A DNA stretch of 64,000 bases from Anaerolineales bacterium. Lineage in GTDB: Bacteria > Chloroflexota > Anaerolineae > Anaerolineales > E44-bin32. This document shows positions 34,579 through 42,518 of this stretch, piece by piece. The notes beneath the pieces were generated by a model that had not been told where the DNA came from, did not search any database, and worked only from the letters and a program-made list of their open reading frames with translations. The stretch lies in NCBI GenBank assembly GCA_037382465.1, contig JARRPX010000004.1, positions 140,204 to 204,203 of the forward strand. Direction: 5' to 3'. Within the stretch, counting starts at the first letter, position 1. Each line of letters starts with the position of its first letter. Position numbers and translations under genes: made by a program.

Positions 34579-37395
34579 TTACACGACGATGTTGACCAGC
34601 CGGCCGGGAATGACGATCACCTTTTTCGGCTGCTTGCCTTCCATGAAGCGTTGAACGGTTTCGCTGCTCAACGCCTGCGTTTTCGCATCTTCCTCACTGA
34701 TCCCAGCCGGAACGGTGATGCGTTCGCGCAGCTTGCCGTTGACCTGCACGATCAAAGTGATCTCATCTTCTTTCGCCAGTTCGGGATCGAACTGCGGCCA
34801 CGACTGCAGGTGGATGGAATACGGCTTGCCCAGACGCGCCCACAATTCCTCGGCGATGTGCGGAGTCTCTGGCGCCATTAACAACAGCAGCGCCTCCACG
34901 GCCTTCTTGAAGCCTGGTGTATCTGTCAGTCCGGCGTAATTTACCTCGTAGATGGCGTTGGTCAGTTCCATCAAGGCGGAGATCACCGTGTTGAATTCGA
35001 ATTGCTCCAGGTCACGAGACACCTGTCGGATCGTCTGGTGTACCTTGCGCGTCAGGTCGCGGGTTTGCTCCGGTTTTTCGTCTCCCGTCTCGACGTCCGC
35101 CGTTTCGAGCACCAGCGTCCAAACCCGGTTCAGCCAGCGCACCACGCCCTGGATGTTTTCGGGACTCCAGGGACCGCCCTCCGACCAGCGATATCCGAAC
35201 ATCAGGTAGCCCCGCACGGTGTCCGCGCCATACATCGCCACCTGTTCGTCGGGATCGATCACGTTGCCGCGCGACTTACTCATGCGCTGGCCGTCCGGCC
35301 CCAGGATCTGGCCCTGGTTGCGCAGCTGCAGCATCGGCTCGGGTCCTTCGGTGATACCCATGTCGCGGAGGGCTTTGTGGAAGAAGCGGGTGTAGATGAG
35401 GTGCATGGTGGCATGCTCCATGCCGCCGGTGTAGGTGTCGACCGGCATCCAGTAGTCGTACTCTTTGGGATCGAACGGCGCTTTGTCGTAATGGGGGCTG
35501 AGATAGCGCAGGTGGTACCACGAAGAACACATGAAGGTGTCCATCGTGTCCGTCTCGCGCTCCGCCGGTCCGCCGCATTTCGGGCACTGCGTATTTTTCC
35601 AGGTGGGATGGAATTTCAACGGACTTTCCCCGGTCGGCTTCCACTCCACGTCGTCGGGAAGTTCGATCGGCAGCTGGTCCTCCGGAACGGGAACGATGCC
35701 GCATTTCTCACAGTAGACCATGGGAATCGGCGCGCCCCAGTAGCGCTGCCGCGAGATCAGCCAATCGTGCAGGCGGTAATTCACCGCAGCCTTGCCGACG
35801 CCCTTTTTCTCCAGATAGGCGTTGGTTGTGTCGACGGCGCTTTCACCCGGCGTCCCGCTCAGCGGACCGGAATGGATCATAGTGCCATATTCGGCGTGGT
35901 AGAGTGCGTCCCGGTAATATTCCACACCCCAGAGCATTTCCATGACCGAACGGTTATCCTTCACGTTGGGTTCCAGACTCTTGCAGCGAGCCAGGATCTT
36001 CTCATCTGCTTCGGCGGAATCCCAGGGCATCACTTCGTCGTGGAAGATGAACAGCCACTGGGTTCCCACGATTTCGATCCAGGCGCCGGTTTTAATGTGT
36101 GCTTTTGCGATCTCGATGTAGTTGGCGACCTTTCCGAGCGGTATCTCGATCTGGAACACGCCGTCGCGCTTCTCGAAGGGGATTTTCTCCGCTTCCAGCG
36201 CTTCAGCGAATCCGTCCTTCACGGTTTGCATGAGGGCGACCGATTTGGTCAGCCCGTCCGGACGGTCTATCACCGGGATAATCGGCAGGCCGTATTTCAA
36301 TGCGAATTCGAAATCGCGTTCGTCGTGGGCGGGTACGGCCATGATCGCCCCGGTCCCGTAGGTCATCAGCACGTAATCGGCGATCCAGATCGGAATGCGT
36401 TTCTCGTTCACCGGGTTGATGGCGTAGCCGCCGGTGAAGACGCCCGTCTTCTCCTTATCCAGCGCCTCGCGTTCGATGTCAGCCTGGCGTGCCGCCTGAT
36501 GCACGTAGGCTTTCACTGCCTCCGCCTGAGCTTCCGTGGTGATCTTCTCCACCAGGGGATGCTCCGGCGCCAGCACCATGAAAGTCGCGCCCCAGAGCGT
36601 GTCCGGACGCGTGGTGAACACGGGAATCGGGTCGCCGTCTTCAGTTTGGAAAGTCACGCTTGCGCCTTCGCTGCGACCGATCCAGTTTTCCTGCAGGATG
36701 CGCACGGGATCGGGCCAATCGATGGTCGAGAAGTCGAGCAGCTCATCGGCGTAGTTCGTGATGCGGAAAAACCACTGGTCGAGGTTCTTCTTGATCACCG
36801 GCGTCTTGCAGCGTTCGCAGTGCCGGTCCTCACCCCAGACCTGTTCCCGGGCCAGGGTGGTGTTGCAGTGGGGGCACCAATCCACCGGTGACATTTTCTT
36901 GTAGGCCAGGTCGTTCGCGTACATTTTCAGGAAGAACCACTGCGTCCAACGGTAATATTCCGGGTCGGAGGAAATCGCCTGACGCGACCAATCCCACATC
37001 GCGCCCATACTGCGCAGCTGGCGCTGCATGTTGGCGATGTTCTTGTAAGTCCATTCCTTGGGATGAATGCCGCGTTCGATCGCCGCGTTTTCGGCCGGCA
37101 AACCGAAGGCGTCGAATCCGATGGGGTACATCACATTGAGGCCCTTCATGCGCAGGTAGCGGGCGCGTGCGTCCGAAGGCGTCATGGCGAACCAGTGACC
37201 GATGTGCATGTCGCCCGATGTGTAAGGAAGCATGGTCAGGAAATAGTATTTCTTCTTCTTGGGATCGATTTCCGCTTTGTAAAGCTGATCCGTTTCCCAA
37301 CGCGCCTGCCACTTCGGTTCGATTTCGCCGGGGTCGTACCGCTCGATCCAGGCACGCTCCGGGGTGCGTTCTTGCGCTTCCTTTTTCTTACCCAT
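34579..37395 (-). CDS. leuS: Leucine--tRNA ligase (long form, 938 aa)
   Basis: HIGH-type motif (GDMHIGH), KMSKS (RMSKSRGN), CP1 editing domain (TTRPDTLWGATF), zinc-type CxxC pairs. GGAGGA RBS upstream of ATG 37395. Confidence 0.97.
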   Translation of the reverse strand: MGKKKEAQERTPERAWIERYDPGEIEPKWQARWETDQLYKAEIDPKKKKYYFLTMLPYTSGDMHIGHWFAMTPSDARARYLRMKGLNVMYPIGFDAFGLPAENAAIERGIHPKEWTYKNIANMQRQLRSMGAMWDWSRQAISSDPEYYRWTQWFFLKMYANDLAYKKMSPVDWCPHCNTTLAREQVWGEDRHCERCKTPVIKKNLDQWFFRITNYADELLDFSTIDWPDPVRILQENWIGRSEGASVTFQTEDGDPIPVFTTRPDTLWGATFMVLAPEHPLVEKITTEAQAEAVKAYVHQAARQADIEREALDKEKTGVFTGGYAINPVNEKRIPIWIADYVLMTYGTGAIMAVPAHDERDFEFALKYGLPIIPVIDRPDGLTKSVALMQTVKDGFAEALEAEKIPFEKRDGVFQIEIPLGKVANYIEIAKAHIKTGAWIEIVGTQWLFIFHDEVMPWDSAEADEKILARCKSLEPNVKDNRSVMEMLWGVEYYRDALYHAEYGTMIHSGPLSGTPGESAVDTTNAYLEKKGVGKAAVNYRLHDWLISRQRYWGAPIPMVYCEKCGIVPVPEDQLPIELPDDVEWKPTGESPLKFHPTWKNTQCPKCGGPAERETDTMDTFMCSSWYHLRYLSPHYDKAPFDPKEYDYWMPVDTYTGGMEHATMHLIYTRFFHKALRDMGITEGPEPMLQLRNQGQILGPDGQRMSKSRGNVIDPDEQVAMYGADTVRGYLMFGYRWSEGGPWSPENIQGVVRWLNRVWTLVLETADVETGDEKPEQTRDLTRKVHQTIRQVSRDLEQFEFNTVISALMELTNAIYEVNYAGLTDTPGFKKAVEALLLLMAPETPHIAEELWARLGKPYSIHLQSWPQFDPELAKEDEITLIVQVNGKLRERITVPAGISEEDAKTQALSSETVQRFMEGKQPKKVIVIPGRLVNIVV

Positions 37396-37446
37396 CTACG
37401 TCCTCCACACGAACAACTTCCCTCGGACAATCCCGTTCCGCTTCAC

Positions 37447-37720
37447 AAAAAAACCTTCGTCCGTTCAGGGACGAAGGTGCGCTCCGCGGTACCACCCTGC
37501 TTCCCGACCGTTTGGAAAAAGAAGTGTCTGCCAGCGTCATCGGGCTGCTCGGATCGCGCTAACGGGCGATTCCCGCTCTCGACTACTTTGTTCGCCGGGA
37601 GGGCTTGTCCAAAATGGACGGCAGGCGAGTTCAGCCTTTTCTACGGCGTCCCGTGACCGCCTTGCCGGGCTTTCACCCTCCCCGACTCGCTGACGGATGG
37701 CCTACTACTCCTGCCAAAGC
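37447..37720 (-). promoter_or_regulatory. T-box riboswitch leader, Leu specifier CUC, with intrinsic terminator
   Basis: All read on the minus strand. Stem I base GGCAGG(37715-37710)/CCTGCC. Specifier loop AGUAGUA...GAA-CUC-G, with CUC at 37629-37627. AGCGAGUCGGGGAGGGUGAAAGCCCGGC distal region. T-box GGGUGGUACCGCG (37497-37485). Terminator ACCUUCGUCC-cugaac-GGACGAAGGU followed by U7 (37478-37447). Confidence 0.85.
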
Positions 37721-37737
37721 CGGATATTCAAATGGTT

Positions 37738-37813
37738 TGGTGGACCCAGTGGGATTCGAACCCACGACCTCCTCAATGCCATTGAGGCGCGCTCCCAACT
37801 GCGCCATGGGCCC
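37738..37813 (-). tRNA. tRNA-Ala (anticodon GGC), CCA encoded
   Basis: 76-nt cloverleaf parsed by hand: acceptor GGGCCCA/TGGGTCC with the G3:U70 Ala identity pair, D arm GCGC-AGTTGGGA-GCGC, anticodon arm CCTCA-ATGGCAT-TGAGG, T arm GTGGG-TTCGAAT-CCCAC, and ACCA end. Confidence 0.93.
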
Positions 37814-37818
37814 GGGAG

Positions 37819-37891
37819 TGGACCTGGCGGGATTCGAACCCGCGACCTCATCAGTGCGATTGATGCGCGCTCCCAACTGCGCTACAGGCCC
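37819..37891 (-). tRNA. tRNA-Ala (anticodon CGC), CCA not encoded
   Basis: 73-nt cloverleaf: acceptor GGGCCTG/CAGGTCC with G3:U70, the same D arm, anticodon arm CATCA-ATCGCAC-TGATG, T arm GCGGG-TTCGAAT-CCCGC, discriminator A followed by CTC. A 5-nt spacer separates it from the next tRNA. Confidence 0.9.
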
Positions 37892-37907
37892 CCGCCGAGG
37901 TGTTGGC

Positions 37908-37936
37908 ATTGTACTTCAGCGCCATATCACTGTCAA
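37908..37936 (-). promoter_or_regulatory. Near-consensus sigma-70-type promoter for the tRNA-Ala pair (and possibly T-box-leuS)
   Basis: Minus strand: TTGACA (37936-37931), 17-nt spacer, TACAAT (37913-37908). The mature tRNA 5' end lies 17 nt downstream of the -10. Confidence 0.6.
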
Positions 37937-37944
37937 GAAACGCA

Positions 37945-37973
37945 TTGATCTCCACTTCCGCCGCAACTATAAT
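37945..37973 (+). promoter_or_regulatory. Sigma-70-type promoter for the M24 peptidase operon
   Basis: TTGATC (37945-37950), 17-nt spacer, TATAAT (37968-37973). AGGAGG at 37981-37986 and ATG at 37992. Divergent from the tRNA promoter. Confidence 0.6.
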
Positions 37974-37991
37974 GCCATGTAGGAGGAGCGC

Positions 37992-39092
37992 ATGCATGCA
38001 GACCGCATCACCCGGCTGAAGCAGGTTATTAAGGACAGTGAACTGGATGCGCTGGCGCTCAACCCAGGCCCAACGCTTTCCTACCTCACGGGTCTTTCCT
38101 TCCATCTACTGGAACGGCCCATCCTGGCCCTCTTCAGCGCCGATGCCGATCCAACGCTCATCGTCCCAGATCTGGAACGCGGCAAAGCCGATTCCGTGGA
38201 CTTCGATCTGCAGCTTTTCAGCTACGATGAATCGGCCAGTTCGCGTGCAGAAACGTTCCAGAAAGCCTGCCAATCACTCAACAGTTATCGGGTGGGCGTG
38301 GAACCGCTGCGCATGCGCGTGATGGAGCTGCGTCTGCTGCAGGAACACTCGCGCCAGGCGACGTTCGTTTCCGGCGAGGTGATCCTCAATGAACTGCGCA
38401 TCATTAAAACGCCAGAAGAAATCGAGATCATGCGCAAGGCGGTCGTGGCGGCCGAGGAAGCGCTCGAAGCGATCATCCCGCTCATCCGCACCGGCATGAC
38501 CGAGCGCGATCTGGAAGCGGAACTCACCCTGCAGCTGCTGCGTGCCGGCTCGGAATCCGAATTCCCCTTCGATCCCATCGTGGCCGGCGGAGTCAACAGT
38601 GCCCTGCCCCACGCCACGCCCACAGAGCGAACGCTCCAGACGGGCGACCTGCTGATCCTCGACTGGGGTGCTCGGGTGAACGGCTACATCTCCGACATCA
38701 CACGCACGTTCGCGCTCGGCGAGATCGACGAGGAATTGAACACCATCTACGAAGTCGTCCGGGCCGCCAATAAAGCAGGCAGGGAGGCCGTGCGTCCGGG
38801 AGCACCATGCGGCGAAGTCGACCGGGCTGCACGCAGCGTCATCGAAGACGCCGGCTACGGCGCGTTTTTCATCCACCGCACCGGCCACGGCATCGGTCTG
38901 GAAGCGCACGAGCCTCCCTATATCCGGGAGGATAACGAGCGCATTCTGCAGCCGGGAATGACCTTCACCGTCGAACCCGGAATCTACCTTCCCGGTCGCG
39001 GCGGCGTGCGTATCGAGGACGACGTTCTGGTCACATCGGACGGCGTCGAGAGCCTGACGACGTATTCACGTAAACTGGAGACGATCTCATGA
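37992..39092 (+). CDS. M24 family Xaa-Pro aminopeptidase/dipeptidase
   Basis: Creatinase-like N-domain plus pita-bread fold with metal ligands (DWGARVNGYISDITRT, HRTGHGIGLEAHE, TVEPGIY, GGVRIED). Confidence 0.85.
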   Translation: MHADRITRLKQVIKDSELDALALNPGPTLSYLTGLSFHLLERPILALFSADADPTLIVPDLERGKADSVDFDLQLFSYDESASSRAETFQKACQSLNSYRVGVEPLRMRVMELRLLQEHSRQATFVSGEVILNELRIIKTPEEIEIMRKAVVAAEEALEAIIPLIRTGMTERDLEAELTLQLLRAGSESEFPFDPIVAGGVNSALPHATPTERTLQTGDLLILDWGARVNGYISDITRTFALGEIDEELNTIYEVVRAANKAGREAVRPGAPCGEVDRAARSVIEDAGYGAFFIHRTGHGIGLEAHEPPYIREDNERILQPGMTFTVEPGIYLPGRGGVRIEDDVLVTSDGVESLTTYSRKLETIS

Positions 39093-39862
39093 CACAAATC
39101 ATGAAGGGCGGCCAACCCTTCTTCCTGCCCGGTGGGAAGACCGGCTGTCTGCTACTGCATGGATTTACCGGCACACCCAACGAAATGCACTGGATGGGAG
39201 AGTATCTTAACGGCCGCGGCTTCACCGTTCTTGCGCCGCGCCTCTTCGCCCACGGCACACAGCTATCTGACATGTATCGCGCACGCTGGAAGGACTGGGT
39301 CGCGTCGGCAGAAGACGGTTATTACCTGCTTAAAGGGAGCTGCGAGAAGGTCGTCGTTGCCGGATTGTCGCTGGGAGGGTCATTATCACTCTATCTCGGC
39401 ACGGAACTTCCCGTTTGGGGCGTGATCGCCATGGCCGCGCCGTATGAAATCCATGATCCCACGGTCCGGCGGCTGCGGCCAGTATTGCCGCTCCTCAGCA
39501 CCATCTACAAATCCAGAACCAAAAAAGGCCCCTCCGGCATATTCGACCCGATGGCGGACAAACTGCACGTGGATTATGCAGGCTATCCCGTGCGCGGCGG
39601 ATACGAGCTTCAGGAATTTCTGGCGGAAATGCGCGGCAATCTACGCCGACTTCAGAAACCGCTCCTGCTGATCAATTCCAAGTTTGACGACACAGTAACC
39701 CCAGAAGATGCGCGGGCGATTTGCGATGCCGTACCCTCCACGGACAAGCAGATCCTGATGTTGGAAAAGGGCGGACATAACATCCCGCGCGATCTGGCAC
39801 GCCAGACGGCTTTCAAGGCCGCGGGAGATTTCATCCAGCGTGTGACGAGTGAACCCGGATGA
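39089..39862 (+). CDS. Alpha/beta hydrolase (carboxylesterase/lysophospholipase-like), paralogue 1
   Basis: CLLLHGFTGTP oxyanion region, nucleophile elbow GLSLGG, C-terminal GGHNI. The ATGA overlaps the upstream stop. Confidence 0.8.
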   Translation: MTQIMKGGQPFFLPGGKTGCLLLHGFTGTPNEMHWMGEYLNGRGFTVLAPRLFAHGTQLSDMYRARWKDWVASAEDGYYLLKGSCEKVVVAGLSLGGSLSLYLGTELPVWGVIAMAAPYEIHDPTVRRLRPVLPLLSTIYKSRTKKGPSGIFDPMADKLHVDYAGYPVRGGYELQEFLAEMRGNLRRLQKPLLLINSKFDDTVTPEDARAICDAVPSTDKQILMLEKGGHNIPRDLARQTAFKAAGDFIQRVTSEPG

Positions 39863-40641
39863 GCTGCGTCCAGGCCGGAGCGGAACCCTTCTTCATTCCC
39901 GCTGGAGAGACGGGATGCCTGCTAACTCACGGTTTCACCGCCTCACCGCAGGAAGTGCGTGAACTGGGCACACACCTGGCGCAGCATGGCTGCACCGTGC
40001 TGGGTGTACGTCTGTTCGCTCACGGTACAAAAATGGAGGACATGAACCGCGCCCGCTGGACGGACTGGCTCGGAAGTGTCGAAGACGGCTATTATTTACT
40101 CCGCAACTGCTGCAAACGCATCTTTTTCATCGGCTCATCCGTCGGCGGATCGCTCTCGCTGATCCTGGCAACCGAATTCCCGAACGCCGGAGTCGTGACC
40201 CTGGCCACGCCCTTCCGCCTGCCGCCCAACCGGCGCCTGGAACGTCTCAAGCCGTTCATGAAGCCGTTGAGCCACATGCTGCCCGCCATCGCCAAGGGAT
40301 CCCCGGACTGGCACGACCCCAAAGCCCAGGACGAGCGTGTGGCCTACTCGGGCTACCCGCTGCGGGCCATCCTCGAGTTGGAGCCGCTGCTGGCCGCCAT
40401 GCGGAGCGCGCTGCCGAAGATGCGCGTGCCGGCGCTCTTGATGCACTCGAAGAACGACCGTTTCATACCGCCCGATCACATGCAGCAGATCTACGAACAC
40501 CTGGGATCTTCCGACAAACGCATGGTCTGGGTCGAAGACAGCAGTCACGTGATCACCTGTGACGCCGAACGGACGGTGGTGTTTAAGAACGTGACCGCGT
40601 TCGTCCAGCGCATCGCCGCATCTAGCCCAGAAGGAGTCTGA
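39859..40641 (+). CDS. Alpha/beta hydrolase, paralogue 2 (tandem duplicate)
   Basis: Colinear with paralogue 1 (CLLTHGFTASP, RLFAHGT, GSSVGGS, SSHVI). The ATGA overlaps the upstream stop. Confidence 0.8.
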   Translation: MSCVQAGAEPFFIPAGETGCLLTHGFTASPQEVRELGTHLAQHGCTVLGVRLFAHGTKMEDMNRARWTDWLGSVEDGYYLLRNCCKRIFFIGSSVGGSLSLILATEFPNAGVVTLATPFRLPPNRRLERLKPFMKPLSHMLPAIAKGSPDWHDPKAQDERVAYSGYPLRAILELEPLLAAMRSALPKMRVPALLMHSKNDRFIPPDHMQQIYEHLGSSDKRMVWVEDSSHVITCDAERTVVFKNVTAFVQRIAASSPEGV

Positions 40642-40644
40642 GTG

Positions 40645-41619
40645 ATGAATCCGTGGCTCGAGTGGGGTATCCCGGTCATCGAATGGCTGCAGTCGCTTGG
40701 GGAGTGGCTCGTCGTGCCGATGAAATTCTTCACCTACCTCGGCAACCAGGAATTCTACATCCTGATCATGCCCACGATCTTGTGGTGCTTCGATGCCGTG
40801 CTTGGATTCCGCATCGGGCTGCTCCTGCTTACCAGCGGTTCCGTCAACAACATCTTGAAAGTGGTTTTTGGATTTCCCCGCCCGTATTGGGTCAGCACGG
40901 AGATCAAAGCCTTCGGCTGGCGGCCGACCTTCGGGCTGCCTTCCGGACACGCCCAAAACGCGGTTGCCATCTGGGGCGGATTGGCCGTCTGGCTGCGCAA
41001 ACGCTGGTTGACGGTCGTCTGCGTCCTGCTCATCTTATTCATATCCATCTCGCGCCTCTATCTGGGCGTCCATTTTCCTACGGACACGTTTGGCGGCTGG
41101 CTGGTCGGAGCGATCCTGCTGGTGTTGTTCGTCAAATTGGAAAAGCCCATCCGCGAACGGATCAGCACCATGAAAGCCGGGATCCAGATCGCGATCGCCT
41201 TGCTCGTCTCCCTCGCCTTCATCGGCGTCGGTCTGGGGGTTAACCATCTGGCGGTGCAGCACTCCATTCCGGAAGCGTGGCGCGAAACCGCAAGCCTGGC
41301 GCAGCCCGCAGGGCTGGTGGACCCGCTGGCCCTCGACGATCTGATCACCGCCAGCGGTTCTCTGTTCGGACTGGCGGCCGGTGGGGTGCTGCTCTTCCGT
41401 TGGGGTGGATTCAGCGCCCGGGGCTCGTGGGGGCAGCGCGCCCAGCGCTACTTCGCGGGCATGCTCGGCTTGCTGGTGATTTACGTCGGCCTCAAGCTCC
41501 TTTTCCCCTCCGGTCACGGCGTTCTTGCTTACGGCTTGCGCTACCTGCGCTTCGCCGCCCTGGCGTTCTGGGCGGCTTACGTGGCGCCGAGGTTGTTCGT
41601 CCGGTGGGGGATGGCGTAG
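40645..41619 (+). CDS. PAP2-family (type 2 phosphatidic acid / undecaprenyl-PP-type) phosphatase with an extended C-terminal membrane domain
   Basis: The three PAP2 motifs KVVFGFPRP, PSGH and SRLYLGVHFPTD. GTG 40642 / ATG 40645 lie directly after the upstream TGA (40639-40641). Confidence 0.8.
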   Translation: MNPWLEWGIPVIEWLQSLGEWLVVPMKFFTYLGNQEFYILIMPTILWCFDAVLGFRIGLLLLTSGSVNNILKVVFGFPRPYWVSTEIKAFGWRPTFGLPSGHAQNAVAIWGGLAVWLRKRWLTVVCVLLILFISISRLYLGVHFPTDTFGGWLVGAILLVLFVKLEKPIRERISTMKAGIQIAIALLVSLAFIGVGLGVNHLAVQHSIPEAWRETASLAQPAGLVDPLALDDLITASGSLFGLAAGGVLLFRWGGFSARGSWGQRAQRYFAGMLGLLVIYVGLKLLFPSGHGVLAYGLRYLRFAALAFWAAYVAPRLFVRWGMA

Positions 41620-41677
41620 AAATAGGTCGATCAAGCCTGCTGATATAGATTCCCGCGGTATCTTTCTCGGAGATTAA

Positions 41678-42064
41678 CTAAGACCTTTTTTGTGCTTCCA
41701 TCTCCCGCAGCAGGAACCAATGACCCATGCGGTCGGCGGCCTTCTTCGGCGCGCGGTCGTAGTACACGTCGAAGACGCGGCCGTCTTCCACTCGCACCCG
41801 GAAGAAAAACCGCCCCACGCCCCACGAGCCGCGCTGTTCGGCGACGCGCAGGTGCTCCTCGGACATGTTGCGGGACATCTCGCCCCGGCGACGGGTGTCG
41901 AACCACTCCGAAATCACTTTCATCACGCGTAATTCTTCATCCCCCCAGATGATCGTGTCCGGAGCTTTGGGTTTCTTACGCAGTGTGGGAGGCCGATCGA
42001 AACCTACCTCGATCTCGTTGTCGATGAAGCGAACCGGAATCCAATCAGACTCCATGCGCCTCAC
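41678..42064 (-). CDS. Conserved-looking cytoplasmic protein of unknown function
   Basis: 128-aa ORF with balanced composition (WIPVRFIDNEIEVGF...GRFFFRVRVEDGRVFDVYYDR). Overlaps the preceding membrane-protein ORF by 11-20 nt in the EF-G paralogue operon. No motif recognised. Confidence 0.5.
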   Translation of the reverse strand: MRRMESDWIPVRFIDNEIEVGFDRPPTLRKKPKAPDTIIWGDEELRVMKVISEWFDTRRRGEMSRNMSEEHLRVAEQRGSWGVGRFFFRVRVEDGRVFDVYYDRAPKKAADRMGHWFLLREMEAQKRS

Positions 42065-42506
42065 CGAACTGCGTGATCCAGCGACGCGTCGTCGCCGCGG
42101 TGTGGCACGCCAAACCCAGCAAGGCCAACAGCGTGCCCAGGCCGAAGATCGACAGGGAGAGCACGAACAACCCGACGACGCAGCGCGAAGCCCAGGGCAT
42201 GCCCAGCCAAAGGGCCGCCAGTACGCCGGGCCAGGTAAGGCCCAATACGAGAAACGGCCAGGCCACTTTCAGCGCTGCGACGGGTAACGAAACCGGCGAG
42301 ATTTTGACCTGCCCGGGTTCGTGAAACCACAACAATTGCACGTCACCCAGGTCGAGATAGGATCCGAACCAGAGAACGTGCAGGCTGTTTACGACCGACC
42401 ACATCGAGAGCAGGATCGCGATCAGGCTTAATAGAATCAGGCTTAGCGGAGGTTTCTGCACCGTGACTCCAGTGAAGCACAATGGGGAGGCACAGACCCT
42501 CCCCAT
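42045..42506 (-). CDS. Small polytopic membrane protein (hypothetical)
   Basis: About four hydrophobic helices. It starts 12 nt after the EF-G paralogue stop, and the exact start codon is uncertain. Confidence 0.45.
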   Translation of the reverse strand: MGRVCASPLCFTGVTVQKPPLSLILLSLIAILLSMWSVVNSLHVLWFGSYLDLGDVQLLWFHEPGQVKISPVSLPVAALKVAWPFLVLGLTWPGVLAALWLGMPWASRCVVGLFVLSLSIFGLGTLLALLGLACHTAATTRRWITQFGEAHGV

Positions 42507-42518
42507 AATATCTGTCTT

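Noticed and set aside
35002-36891. 629-aa plus-strand ORF
   Set aside because: It is antisense to leuS. It has low-complexity Arg/His/Val-rich sequence and no start context. The same reasoning applies to 14882..16309 (antisense to ppk2/crotonase), 19574..21085 (antisense to gltB), 56815..58803 (antisense to the PBP gene), 22412..23656 (antisense to fba) and 24277..25233 (antisense to the dynamin-like gene).
37605-37982. ORFs of 78-125 aa on both strands over 37605-37982
   Set aside because: They overlap the two tRNA-Ala genes, their promoter and the T-box leader. The amino-acid sequences derive from tRNA stems.
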